Of a DNA stretch of 64,000 bases, positions 63,948 to 64,000 are shown piece by piece. The translations under genes and the position numbers were made by a program. The DNA lies in the IMG/VR virus record IMGVR_UViG_3300034128_000011, positions 3,389-67,388 of that record. One strand, 5' to 3'. Each line of letters starts with the position of its first letter. The stretch's first letter is position 1. Under the pieces are notes generated by a model that was not told the DNA's origin, searched no databases, and worked only from the letters and a program-made list of their open reading frames with translations. This DNA comes from a virus. Lineage: Duplodnaviria; Caudoviricetes.

Positions 63948-64000
63948 GCGCTGCTATGGATATGAACCTGCGGCATCCCAGCTTGACACTCTCCGTCTGT
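63931..64000 (+). CDS. 5' fragment of a gene running off the window
   Basis: AAAGG SD, ATG at 63931, no stop before the end. Confidence 0.45.
   Translation, partial: MNTIDERCYGYEPAASQLDTLRL

Larger units (their letters stand above)
1..64000. mobile_element. Tailed dsDNA bacteriophage genome segment (podovirus-like morphogenesis genes; lifestyle undetermined)
   Basis: Terminase, portal, scaffold, major capsid, adaptor/nozzle, ejection proteins, lysis and replication modules in typical phage order; no host housekeeping genes seen. Confidence 0.97.

Noticed and set aside
1-64000. Integrase, CI-like repressor, tRNA genes, stop-codon reassignment
   Set aside because: No tyrosine/serine recombinase or S24-HTH motifs and no cloverleaf with T-loop/CCA recognised; long genes are intact in the standard code. 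They may lie outside the window

Overview
This window is a large part (possibly most) of a tailed dsDNA bacteriophage genome with podovirus-like (P22/T7/crAss-type) virion genes. It has three transcriptional blocks. (i) + strand 1-11638, replication/recombination: initiator with internal iterons, DnaB, PD-(D/E)XK exonuclease, SSB-like protein, HNH and HNH-AP2 endonucleases, RuvC-like resolvase. (ii) - strand 54150-11635, late operon: TerS, TerL, portal, scaffold, SU10/DUF5309-type major capsid, four tandem adaptor/ring-like paralogues, FN3-LVIVD protein, nozzle, two ejection-like proteins, a 3299-aa polyvalent protein, a glycosyltransferase-collagen fibre-glycosyltransferase cassette, and a membrane/lysis module. 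(iii) + strand 54682-64000, small early genes behind sigma70 promoters, including RadC/JAB, DUF932 and an Ocr-like acidic protein. I recognised no integrase, repressor, tRNA, CRISPR array or reverse transcriptase. The most striking item is a ~364-triplet, almost proline-free collagen fibre translationally coupled to a GT2-methyltransferase on one side and a GT-A fusion on the other, a candidate phage fibre-glycosylation system. Also notable are a perfect chromosomal-type parS palindrome just upstream of terS, Ocr-like and Acb2/Tad1-like anti-defence candidates, an orphan AP2 remnant that suggests HNH-AP2-mediated gene capture, and a recurrent CACACAC leader motif. All family assignments come from motif recognition by eye, not from database searches.
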